Shown here: positions 16,226 through 23,716 of the stretch, in pieces
How positions within the stretch are numbered: the stretch's first letter is position 1
How the letters are laid out: the number at the start of each line of letters is the position of its first letter
NCBI GenBank assembly: GCA_903921945.1
Contig: CAIXSC010000173.1
Coordinates: forward strand, 1 to 34,438
Direction of reading: 5' to 3'
From: an uncultured Planctomycetaceae bacterium
Lineage (GTDB): Bacteria; Planctomycetota; Planctomycetia; Pirellulales; Pirellulaceae
Length of the DNA: 34,438 nucleotides
Notes under the pieces: generated by a model
Told to the model about the DNA's origin: nothing
What the model saw: only the letters and a program-made list of their open reading frames with translations
Databases searched by the model: none
Made by a program: the position numbers and the translations under genes

Positions 16226-16364
16226 GCCGTCGTCAATGGACGGCGGGGCGGGGAAGGGCTAAACTGCCGCATTGTTGGAAATGTGGCATTTGAATGCCCG
16301 AACGTGAACGGATCTGGGCTACGTTTTCCGTTGGTCTTCAATTCTTGATGCGAGGAGGAATTCC

Positions 16365-17177
16365 ATGGCACGTCGCAGGCGAAATTGGACGGGTCGCTTT
16401 CTCCACTCCGTGGTGCCGGCGGCCGCCGCCATCCTCACCCTGTTTGCTGGCTTTGCGCCGCTGGACGGATTTGCCGTTGAACGTGTGGTGGCGGCCAACA
16501 AGGCGGCCACGGCTCCGGCCACGGCTCCGGCGCCGTCCGCCGACGCGGAGAAACGCGAGCCAAAATCGGCGCAGCGAGGCGAGGTCCAGGGCTACTACGT
16601 CGAGAGTCGTTCGTGCCAAGTCTTCACTGGTCCCTGCTTCGCCAACGCGGAGATGGCGTTGACCGGCAAAGACGCCGTGATGGCGTGGGGGATCGTCGCT
16701 GGCCGCTTTAACGGCGTCGATTTGTCGGGCCTGAATGTGGTCATGGTGGTGCGGGCATCGGAGACGCTCGGCTTCGGTGGCCTGGACGCTCCGGAATCGA
16801 TCAAATCACTGGTCATTGTGGATGAGCGTGCCACTCCGGTCCAGCGCGAGGCGCTCGTCGCGTTCGCTCAAAAGCAGACCGGGAAAGCGGGGCGTTCCAT
16901 CGTCCGCATGGAGGCTTTGCCGATCGAAGTCTCGGTCGATCCGGGCACGCTGGTGGGAAAGGTGAAGGCCGGCTCGTGGGTCAACGTCTTGACGCGGAAA
17001 GCACGGCCGAACGACTGCATTTGCACCAATGAAGTCGCCTACTATCCGCCGCTAACCGCCCTTAAACACTTCGCGGCCGGTGTCTGCACGGAAGCCGAGT
17101 TCCGCGGTCGTGGGCTCGGTAACCGTTGGTCGCTCCCGAACAGCCGCAGCGCCTACCTGGGCGAGTTCAACCTGTAG
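16365..17177 (+). CDS. Secreted/anchored hypothetical protein, possibly DUF1326-like, 270 aa
   Basis: GAGGAGG lies upstream of the ATG. The N-terminus MARRRRNWTGRFLHSVVPAAAAILTLFAGFA looks like a signal or anchor. The body, GYYVESRSCQVFTGPCFANAE...GRFNGVDLSGLNVVMVV...VDERATPVQREALVAF, resembles my recollection of DUF1326 proteins; this was not searched. Confidence 0.6.
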   Translation: MARRRRNWTGRFLHSVVPAAAAILTLFAGFAPLDGFAVERVVAANKAATAPATAPAPSADAEKREPKSAQRGEVQGYYVESRSCQVFTGPCFANAEMALTGKDAVMAWGIVAGRFNGVDLSGLNVVMVVRASETLGFGGLDAPESIKSLVIVDERATPVQREALVAFAQKQTGKAGRSIVRMEALPIEVSVDPGTLVGKVKAGSWVNVLTRKARPNDCICTNEVAYYPPLTALKHFAAGVCTEAEFRGRGLGNRWSLPNSRSAYLGEFNL

Positions 17178-17233
17178 GACTCGCGTGCCGAAGAGGCTCG
17201 CGAGTCGCTGGTTGTGATGTTCGGTTGGATTTT

Positions 17234-17265
17234 GGTCGAGCGGTTTTTTTCAACGCCGCTCGACC
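17234..17265 (+). other. Perfect 10 bp GC-rich stem-loop between genes (possible terminator, processing or stability element)
   Basis: GGTCGAGCGG-tttttttcaacg-CCGCTCGACC. The T-run lies in the loop, not after the stem, so this is not a canonical intrinsic terminator. Confidence 0.5.
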
Positions 17266-17353
17266 AACTCGCCCTCGAGTCGGTTCGCCCGTTGCCTCCA
17301 CTGTGCTGGTTTTCCCGCCGCTCGTATTCCTGCCTCTAACCGGAGATTCTCGG

Positions 17354-18094
17354 ATGTTTTCCCGCTCCGCGATCATCGCGCCGCGTTGGCGACAAGTCAC
17401 CCAGGCCTCGTTCGTGATCGGCGCCGTGTTCGCCCTCACGGCGGTGTCGACGCTGGCATGGGTCCCGTCGGCGTACGCGGTGGACCACAAAGTCGAACCG
17501 AACGATGCCGCTCCGCCGAAGGATGCCTTGCCGCCCGCGATCGCAGATCTGCTAGGCGGTCCATCGTTTCGCGTGGTGCGTGGCGCCTCGCGCGTGGTTT
17601 GCGAAGTGTGGCTCTGCAAGGAATGGTCGATCGCGGCCGACGCCAAGCCGAAGGGCGATGTGCTGTATCCTTTCCAGCTTGGCCAAGTGATTGGCGTGGT
17701 TCGTTATCCCCGCAAGGGAAGCGATTTCCGCGATCAAGTCGTCGCCGATGGCGTCTACACGCTGCGTTACGGACTGCAACCGGTGGACGGGGCCCACGTC
17801 GGCACCTCGCCGATTCGCGATTTCCTTGTGCTCGTCAAAGCAGCGGACGAGCAGTCCGCGGAACCGCTCGACTACAAGACCTTGGCCAAGAAGGGGGCCG
17901 CTGCCGCCGGCGCCAGCCATCCGCTGCTGCTCTCCTTGCACCGGACGGATGCGGCCGAAACGGCTTCGCTTTCGATCCGCCACAACGAACAAGCCGAATG
18001 GTGGATCGTTCATGTCGTGGGCCAGTCCAAGACGGGCGACAAGCTCGGAAAGCTGCCCCTTGATCTCGTCGTTGTGGGACATGCGAGCGACTGA
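17354..18094 (+). CDS. Secreted hypothetical protein, 246 aa
   Basis: The ATG at 17354 is in frame within ORF 17126-18094. The signal peptide reads MFSRSAIIAPRWRQVTQASFVIGAVFALTAVSTLAWVPSAYA. The frame is coding-like, with no recognised domain. Confidence 0.55.
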   Translation: MFSRSAIIAPRWRQVTQASFVIGAVFALTAVSTLAWVPSAYAVDHKVEPNDAAPPKDALPPAIADLLGGPSFRVVRGASRVVCEVWLCKEWSIAADAKPKGDVLYPFQLGQVIGVVRYPRKGSDFRDQVVADGVYTLRYGLQPVDGAHVGTSPIRDFLVLVKAADEQSAEPLDYKTLAKKGAAAAGASHPLLLSLHRTDAAETASLSIRHNEQAEWWIVHVVGQSKTGDKLGKLPLDLVVVGHASD

Positions 18095-18098
18095 TTCG

Positions 18099-18752
18099 AT
18101 GCGCCGACCTGTGCCGTTACCTCGTTGCGTGATTGCCGCGTTTTTCGCCCCCGCAGTGGCTTTGTTGGCCGCTGCGGCATGGGCGGACGACCCCGTTGGC
18201 ATTCCAGCCGTTCCAGCCATTCCGGCCACCCCAACCATTCCGGCCACTCCAGCCACTTCCGCGACGGGGAAGGCGCTTGCGACAACTCCGACGGCGTCAG
18301 CCGCGGCCGAAACGGCGACCGCCGCCAAGGCCCCGATGGCGCCTGCGGAGGGAGCTCCGCGGTTTACGGTCGAGACGGTCCGCGGCCGGGTTGTCTTCTT
18401 CGGCGAGGCGATGCAGCGGCTCGCGGGAGTAAAGTGTGTCGACGAGGCCCGTGAGCGAACTTTGGCTTTGGAGACGGCCGACGGACAGCTACTGCCGCTC
18501 TTGGAAGATGTGCGGGGACGCGGATTCCGCAACGACCCGCGATTGCGGGCGTGCGACCTGGAATTGACAGTGCGTCGCTACCGCGTCTCCCCGTTCTTGC
18601 AAACCTTGCGAGTCTACTCGGTGGAGAAGACTGGAAAGTTTGAACTGGACTATTGGTGCGAAGTCTGCGCGATCGCGATGTACGAACTGAAACCGTGTGA
18701 ATGTTGCCAGGGGGACACGCTGTTCCGCCGGCGGCTCGTCCGCGGCGAGTAG
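18099..18752 (+). CDS. Secreted hypothetical protein with a C-terminal Cys cluster (CxxC...CxCC), 217 aa
   Basis: The ATG at 18099 lies 4 nt after the previous stop, in frame within ORF 17691-18752. The signal peptide reads MRRPVPLPRCVIAAFFAPAVALLAAAAWA, followed by a Pro/Ala/Thr-rich linker. The C-terminus reads DYWCEVCAIAMYELKPCECCQGD. Confidence 0.55.
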   Translation: MRRPVPLPRCVIAAFFAPAVALLAAAAWADDPVGIPAVPAIPATPTIPATPATSATGKALATTPTASAAAETATAAKAPMAPAEGAPRFTVETVRGRVVFFGEAMQRLAGVKCVDEARERTLALETADGQLLPLLEDVRGRGFRNDPRLRACDLELTVRRYRVSPFLQTLRVYSVEKTGKFELDYWCEVCAIAMYELKPCECCQGDTLFRRRLVRGE

Positions 18753-18765
18753 CCTGTTCGACGCC

Positions 18766-18804
18766 ACGCGGGGCGAGGTCGCGGCGCCCCGAGCGTCCTT
18801 TTTT
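18766..18804 (+). terminator. Rho-independent terminator after the secreted-protein genes
   Basis: ACGCGGGGCG-aggtcgcgg-CGCCCCGAGCGT (10 bp with a 2 nt bulge), then CC and a T6 run. Confidence 0.55.
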
Positions 18805-18820
18805 CCTCTGGATTCCGTGA

Positions 18821-20149
18821 ATGCCGTCTTCCGATTCCACGCCGCTGCCCGTTACTCATGGTCAGCCGGGCCAGACCGGTTCTGTCAAGCCAAACGCGTC
18901 GGCGGACGTTTCCCCCGGCGAAACCAAGGCCGTGGTTGTGGACGCCAAGGAACTGGCCGGCGGCAGTTTCGCGGCTGTGGCCCGAGCCACTCGCGACCTG
19001 TTTCCCGACCCGGCCTATCGGCCTGTGGACGGCCCCGGCGGCGTTCGTTTGCCATTCGGATCGCATCGGCTGGCGGTGAATAGCGATGGCACGGGGACGA
19101 AACCGGAACTCGCCGAGCGTTTGGCGGACGCGACGGGCGACTATCGTTACTTCGAGCGGCCGGCGTTCGACGTCGTGGCGATGGTGGCTGACGATGCGGC
19201 GCGGCATGGCCAGTTCACGCTGGGCATCGTCAATTGCGTGGACGTCAATAGCGCCGCCAACGCCGAATTCGTGGCCGCTTTGGCGAACGGAATGCGGGCG
19301 GCATGCGAAGCTGGGCGTTTTCCGCTGATCAATGGAGAAACGGCGGAGCTCGGCTATCGTGTCCCTGGACCGGGCGGATCGCGTTTGAACTGGAACGCCG
19401 TGGCGCTGGCGTTGGTCCACGAGGCGAAAGCGTTTCGACCGGAGAATCTTCGCCCAGGGCAGCCGCTGGTGGCCTTCCGCGAGTCATCGATCCGCAGTAA
19501 CGGATTGACGCGAGCGCGGGCCGTGTTGGAGCACGCCTATCTCGCGGAACGAGGCGTGACTCGCGCGGAATGGCTCGAATCGCGTTTGGCGAGTCGTAGC
19601 GGACTGCCGGTGGAGACGATCCGCCAGTTGAACGTCGCTTTGCTAGCCGAGCAACCTTGGTTGGGCGAACAACTGATTGTCCCGTGGCACGAGCGGTTCG
19701 CGGAACTAACCGAGCAACTCTCGCGGCCCGCCACGATCTATTCGCCGGCGATCGCGGCCGCTCAGGGTGGAGTCGATGGACCGGTCGCGGTTCCGATCAT
19801 TGCCGCCACGCATGTGACGGGCGGGGGAATTCCTTTGAAAGTGAAACGAACGCTGGCCGGCACGGGCCTTGGTGCGGCGATCGAAGCTGTCTTTCCCGAT
19901 CCGGCGGGGGTGCCGCAACTGCTGGAATTGGCTCAACGATACCCGATGGCCACCGGACCGTTGGTAAACGAACGGACCGCCTGCGAACAGTGGAATCGGG
20001 GAATCGGTTTCCTTTGTGCGACGGCCGATCAAGGGGCTGCGTCCGCGTTGGTACAACTCGCTCGTTCGTTCGGCTACGAGGCGGCGATCGCGGGCGTAAT
20101 CCGTGAAACGCCCGAAATCCACTGGCGCGGCGAGACCTGGACCGCCTAA
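18821..20149 (+). CDS. AIR synthase (PurM)-related protein, 442 aa
   Basis: LAVNSDGTGTKPELA (DGxGTK motif), FDVVAMVADDAARHG, INGETAELG and TGGGIPLK are PurM/AIR-synthase superfamily motifs. It is longer than canonical PurM and not in a pur operon, so it may be a paralogue. Confidence 0.72.
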   Translation: MPSSDSTPLPVTHGQPGQTGSVKPNASADVSPGETKAVVVDAKELAGGSFAAVARATRDLFPDPAYRPVDGPGGVRLPFGSHRLAVNSDGTGTKPELAERLADATGDYRYFERPAFDVVAMVADDAARHGQFTLGIVNCVDVNSAANAEFVAALANGMRAACEAGRFPLINGETAELGYRVPGPGGSRLNWNAVALALVHEAKAFRPENLRPGQPLVAFRESSIRSNGLTRARAVLEHAYLAERGVTRAEWLESRLASRSGLPVETIRQLNVALLAEQPWLGEQLIVPWHERFAELTEQLSRPATIYSPAIAAAQGGVDGPVAVPIIAATHVTGGGIPLKVKRTLAGTGLGAAIEAVFPDPAGVPQLLELAQRYPMATGPLVNERTACEQWNRGIGFLCATADQGAASALVQLARSFGYEAAIAGVIRETPEIHWRGETWTA

Positions 20150-20353
20150 TTCGAAGCGACAGTCTTCGCCCGCGGCGGACGGAGTCGGAAGGAACTCGAT
20201 CTCAATCGCTTGTGGCTTGATGGCGCAAGGCTTTGTTTTCGAGGCTTCCGACTATGGCAGCCAACACAAATGGGCGATCGCCATTAGCCCGAGCTCTTTG
20301 CGGCTCTTTGGGGCTCTTTGGGGCTTGTTCGGTGAGTTTTCGCGGCAATCCAA

Positions 20354-20650
20354 GCGGTAAACAAAGAACCGCCGCGTTCACCGCTCAAGTTTACCGCCAC
20401 CTCGTTTACCGCCGAGCCGTAGGCGAAGGCCGGGCCGGCCCCGAGATCAGCGACGCGAGAGCAAATCGCGGCTTGCGGCACTGCCTGCGTTTTTCGCATA
20501 GCGGTAAACAAAGAACCGCCGCGTTCACTGTCAATTTCACCGCTAAAGTTTACCGCCACCTCGTTTACCGCCGAGCCGTAGGCGAAGGCCGGGCCGGCCC
20601 CGAGATCAGCGCCGCGAGAACAAATCGCGGCTCTGCCTGCGTCTTCAGCT
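20354..20650. repeat. Tandem duplication of a ~147 bp intergenic unit (2 copies, with indels)
   Basis: Copy 1 (20354-20500) and copy 2 (20501 to about 20650) both begin gcggtaaacaaagaaccgccgcgttcac. Both share ...aagtttaccgccacctcgtttaccgccgagccgtaggcgaaggccgggccggccccgagatcagcg.cgcgaga.caaatcgcggc. Copy 2 has a 12 nt insertion (tgtcaatttcac) and a short deletion. Confidence 0.88.
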
Positions 20651-20703
20651 CGGCGGTGAAGGATGATTGTCGCGAGTGGCCATGGCTTGACGCCCCAAAA
20701 TTC

Positions 20704-21699
20704 CTACTCGGGACGACGCGGCCGTTCGGGCCGCTCGACGCCGGGACCGGGTCGGCCGCCGGGCCCTGCGCCGCGTTCACCCGGACCGCCAGGCCCCGGA
20801 CCTCCGGGCCCTGGACCTCCAGGACCGAAACCGCCTGGGCCAACGCCTCCAGGACCGCCGCCTCCGGGGAAGGGCCCACCTTGGCCAGGTCCGCCTGGGC
20901 CGCGCCGGCCGGGGCCAGCGTGCTGACGAACGAAATCATCAATGAAGGCGCGTAACTCTTCAGCGCCGAGCTTGCCGTCTTTGTCGCGATCGAACGACAT
21001 CGCGTGATCCATCATGCGTTGGGGATCGGGGCCGGCTGGAGGTCCGCCTTCCGGCCGCGGTGGTCGTGGTCCGCCATCGGGTCCGCCTTCCGGCCGCGGT
21101 GGTCGCGGTCCGCCTTCGGGTCCGCCTTCCGGCCGCGGTGGTCGCGGGCCAGCGTCGGGTCCGCCTTCCGGCCGCGGTGGTCGCGGTCCGCCATCGGGTC
21201 CGCCTTCCGGCCGCGGTGGTCGTGGTCCGCCATCGGGTCCGCCTTCCGGCCGCGGTGGTCGCGGGCCGGCGTCGGGTCCGCCTTCTGGTCGCGGTGGTCG
21301 CGGGCCGCCATCGGGTCCGCCTGGTCCCCCCGGTCCGCCAAAGCCCGGACGGAAGCCTTGCGGTCGGTATTCGTCTTCGGTCAGTTTGCCATCACGATTC
21401 CGATCCAAGGTGGCCAAAGCGGTTGCCGCGTTCTTGAGCTCTTCGGCCGAGATTTCGCCGTTGCGATCGGCGTCCAGTGCCGCGATCAGTGGACTTGCCA
21501 TCCGTGGACCTGGAGGGCCGCCCGGTTGAGGGCCGCCGGGCGGCGGCCCTTGTGGACGGTCGGGGCCGCCGCGTCCGGGGCCGGCACCTGGCGGCCTTCC
21601 GGGGTCGCCACCGTCAGGTTTTCCTGGTGGCTGTGCGATGGCCAACACTGTTCCGCACGCGACCGCCGCCGCGCCAAATCCTGCTATCCATTTTTGCAT
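20704..21699 (-). CDS. Secreted EF-hand calcium-binding protein with Pro/Gly-rich 13-aa repeats, 331 aa
   Basis: The signal peptide reads MQKWIAGFGAAAVACGTVLAIA. There are three canonical EF-hand loops: DADRNGEISAEE, DRNRDGKLTEDE, DRDKDGKLGAEE. The middle region is (GGPDGGPRPPRPE)n. The ORF-track start at 21708 is a GTG; I prefer the ATG at 21699. Confidence 0.8.
   Translation of the reverse strand: MQKWIAGFGAAAVACGTVLAIAQPPGKPDGGDPGRPPGAGPGRGGPDRPQGPPPGGPQPGGPPGPRMASPLIAALDADRNGEISAEELKNAATALATLDRNRDGKLTEDEYRPQGFRPGFGGPGGPGGPDGGPRPPRPEGGPDAGPRPPRPEGGPDGGPRPPRPEGGPDGGPRPPRPEGGPDAGPRPPRPEGGPEGGPRPPRPEGGPDGGPRPPRPEGGPPAGPDPQRMMDHAMSFDRDKDGKLGAEELRAFIDDFVRQHAGPGRRGPGGPGQGGPFPGGGGPGGVGPGGFGPGGPGPGGPGPGGPGERGAGPGGRPGPGVERPERPRRPE
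21041..21313 (-). repeat. 39 nt in-frame tandem repeat, 7 copies plus a partial copy
   Basis: The plus-strand unit ggtccgccttccggccgcggtggtcg(t/c)ggtccgcc(a/t)tcg recurs exactly every 39 nt from 21041. It encodes the GPRPPRPEGGPDG repeats. Confidence 0.9.
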
Positions 21700-21754
21700 T
21701 GCCTGCACCCTATTATGGTTGACTAGAAACGAACGATTTATGTCGACGGTGGAA

Positions 21755-23293
21755 TTACTTGGCGGTCTGGCCTACGCAATACAAATAGCGATCGGAACGG
21801 AGGAGAATGCGGCCGCCGCTGATGGCTACCGAGCCATTGAAGTCGCTTTCATCGCCGTCGAATTGGTTGCGGGCCAGCAGTTGGTAGCTTGGTTTGGCGG
21901 CGAGCACCAGGACGCCGTGCCAACGGGAAGGGATGTAGAGCCGGCCGTCGGCGGCGATGGGCGATGCGTACACCGGCCGACCGCTGGCGGTGAGCCCTTC
22001 CACACGTTCGCGATACACCAATTCACCGGTCTTCGCCGCGACGCAGTATGCCTGTCCGCGATCGTCGATCCAGTACAAATGGCCGTCGACGAGCACGGGG
22101 GTGGCGACGTACGAGCTGTTGCGTCCGGTCCAGCCGAGGTGGGACCGTGTGACATCGCCATTGCCGCCCGCTCGCACAGACAGACTGCCCGCAGCGCGGA
22201 AGCCGCCGAAGATATATAAGGTTTCGCCATCCGCGACAACGCTCGGACTGATGTTGCCAGTCAACCCATGTTCGGCGAACCACTTGAGTTTGCCGGTTTC
22301 CGGATTCAATCCCCAGACCTCGCCGGGAACGGCGATCGCGACCTCGGTTTGTCCCGCCACGCTCGTCAGTGTGGGGGTGCCGTAGGCGAGTTCCAACGCG
22401 GCGGCGCTGGCCTTCCATATTTCCTTCCCCGAGCGGCGATCAAAACCGCGGATCGATTGGCTTTCCTCAGACGCGTTCACGATTAACGTTTCTTGGTGCA
22501 ATACCAAGCTCGACCCGGTTCCCCAACGCCGATTGCTGGATTCCTTGCCGACATCGGCGCTCCAGAGCGGTTTCCCGTCCCAGTCGAACGCATGCACGCC
22601 CGCCTTGCCGAAGAAGGCGTAGACCCGTTCGCCGTCGGCGACCGGCGTTCCGCTCGCATAGCCATGTTCCGTGATGAAGCCTTGATACGCGTCTTCGGGC
22701 CCCTGGCCTTTGACCGACCGGGTCCACAACTGTTTGCCGGTCGACAGTTCGAAGCAGGTCAATTGCCGTTCCAGGCGAGCGATATCCGACGTGGCCGGCC
22801 CGGCTGCCGTGCCAGCCGTTCCTTCGGGCACTCCGTAACCGCTATAGCTCGTCACGAACACGCGGTCGCCCACCACGATCGGACTGGACGAGCCCGCACC
22901 CGGCAAAGCAACTCGCCAGACAAGATTTTCGCGGCTCGACCATGTTTGCGGCAAACCCGTTTCGCGACTCGCGGCCAGACCGCCCGGTCCACGAAACCCG
23001 GGCCAATCCTCAGCGTGAACGCACCGTTCGCCGCCGCTCGCCAGCATCAGGCAGGCACCGAGCCAAACAATCGCAAGTAGCAACGAATGCCTGCGGATGC
23101 GAACTCGCACCTGGCGCATTCCCACCTGGCGCAGTCCCGCCTGGCGCAGTCCCGCCTGGCGCAGTCCCGCATCACGCAATCCCGAATGGCGCAGTTCCGA
23201 CTGGCAAAGCGCGACGTGCGGCTTGGCCGCTGCACGGAAACTCATGCCAGGGCCAGCCGAGTCGTTTTCTGCGTGAAGTGACGAGCCGCTCAT
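21755..23293 (-). CDS. PQQ-like beta-propeller repeat protein (BamB-like fold), secreted or anchored; start uncertain (23293, or 23119 giving 454 aa)
   Basis: EDWPGFRGPGGLAASRETGLP..WSSRENLVWRVALPGAGSSSPIVVGDRVFV... with recurring propeller blades (G.VYA.D..TGK..W). The signal/anchor RRHSLLLAIVWLGACLMLASG follows M59. The ATG at 23293 has a GGGGA about 8 nt upstream. Confidence 0.8.
   Translation of the reverse strand: MSGSSLHAENDSAGPGMSFRAAAKPHVALCQSELRHSGLRDAGLRQAGLRQAGLRQVGMRQVRVRIRRHSLLLAIVWLGACLMLASGGERCVHAEDWPGFRGPGGLAASRETGLPQTWSSRENLVWRVALPGAGSSSPIVVGDRVFVTSYSGYGVPEGTAGTAAGPATSDIARLERQLTCFELSTGKQLWTRSVKGQGPEDAYQGFITEHGYASGTPVADGERVYAFFGKAGVHAFDWDGKPLWSADVGKESSNRRWGTGSSLVLHQETLIVNASEESQSIRGFDRRSGKEIWKASAAALELAYGTPTLTSVAGQTEVAIAVPGEVWGLNPETGKLKWFAEHGLTGNISPSVVADGETLYIFGGFRAAGSLSVRAGGNGDVTRSHLGWTGRNSSYVATPVLVDGHLYWIDDRGQAYCVAAKTGELVYRERVEGLTASGRPVYASPIAADGRLYIPSRWHGVLVLAAKPSYQLLARNQFDGDESDFNGSVAISGGRILLRSDRYLYCVGQTAK
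23108..23212 (-). repeat. 15 nt tandem repeat, 7 copies (3 perfect), at the 5' end of the PQQ-propeller gene
   Basis: Plus-strand units: cacctggcgcattcc, cacctggcgcagtcc, cgcctggcgcagtcc x2, cgcatcacgcaatcc, cgaatggcgcagttc, cgactggcaaagcgc. In frame they read ...GLRDAGLRQAGLRQAGLRQVGMRQV. Confidence 0.85.
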
Positions 23294-23716
23294 CGGAGCA
23301 TCCCCATACGGAACGTGAAGCTAGTCGCCGCGCGAGCGAACGCTGCGCGCACGAAACTCGGCGATGGCTGAACGCAACAGAGTAACGTCCGCCGTCCCCG
23401 GTTTATTGCGGGGCGTCCGAAAAAAGCCATCGCAGCGGAAGCCGTCCGGGGAATCTCTCGCTCGGGAGCAGCGCGATTGCCACTCACCGTGGAATATGGA
23501 TTCTCCGACAGCGTTGAAACGGGCCAATTCGACGTCGCAAGGGCACCTGTTGGAAGTGGCCGGCGAGTCGGCGGCCATCGCCGCGGCCACGGGATGTTCC
23601 GGGGATTCGCGCGACCGCAGGGGGGCTTCGCATTTGACATTCCACTGCGGAACCGATTACAGTTTCGCGGTCGAGAAGGGATTGATTCGCTAGGAAAGCG
23701 GCTGGGGAAACGGACA

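Noticed and set aside
16284-16298. Sigma-54-like TGGCATttgaaTGCC upstream of the gene at 16365
   Set aside because: The GG-to-GC distance is one nt short of the strict -24/-12 spacing. It is kept only as a palindrome in the findings.
20354-20650. Possible CRISPR array (also considered for 23108-23212 and 21041-21313)
   Set aside because: The repeats are directly adjacent with no unique spacers, the unit sizes (147, 15 and 39 nt) do not fit, and no cas genes are present.
20233-20955. 240-aa plus-strand ORF across the 147 bp duplication
   Set aside because: Its apparent internal protein repeat just reflects the DNA duplication. The 3' part is antisense to the EF-hand gene. There is no RBS and no protein-like features.
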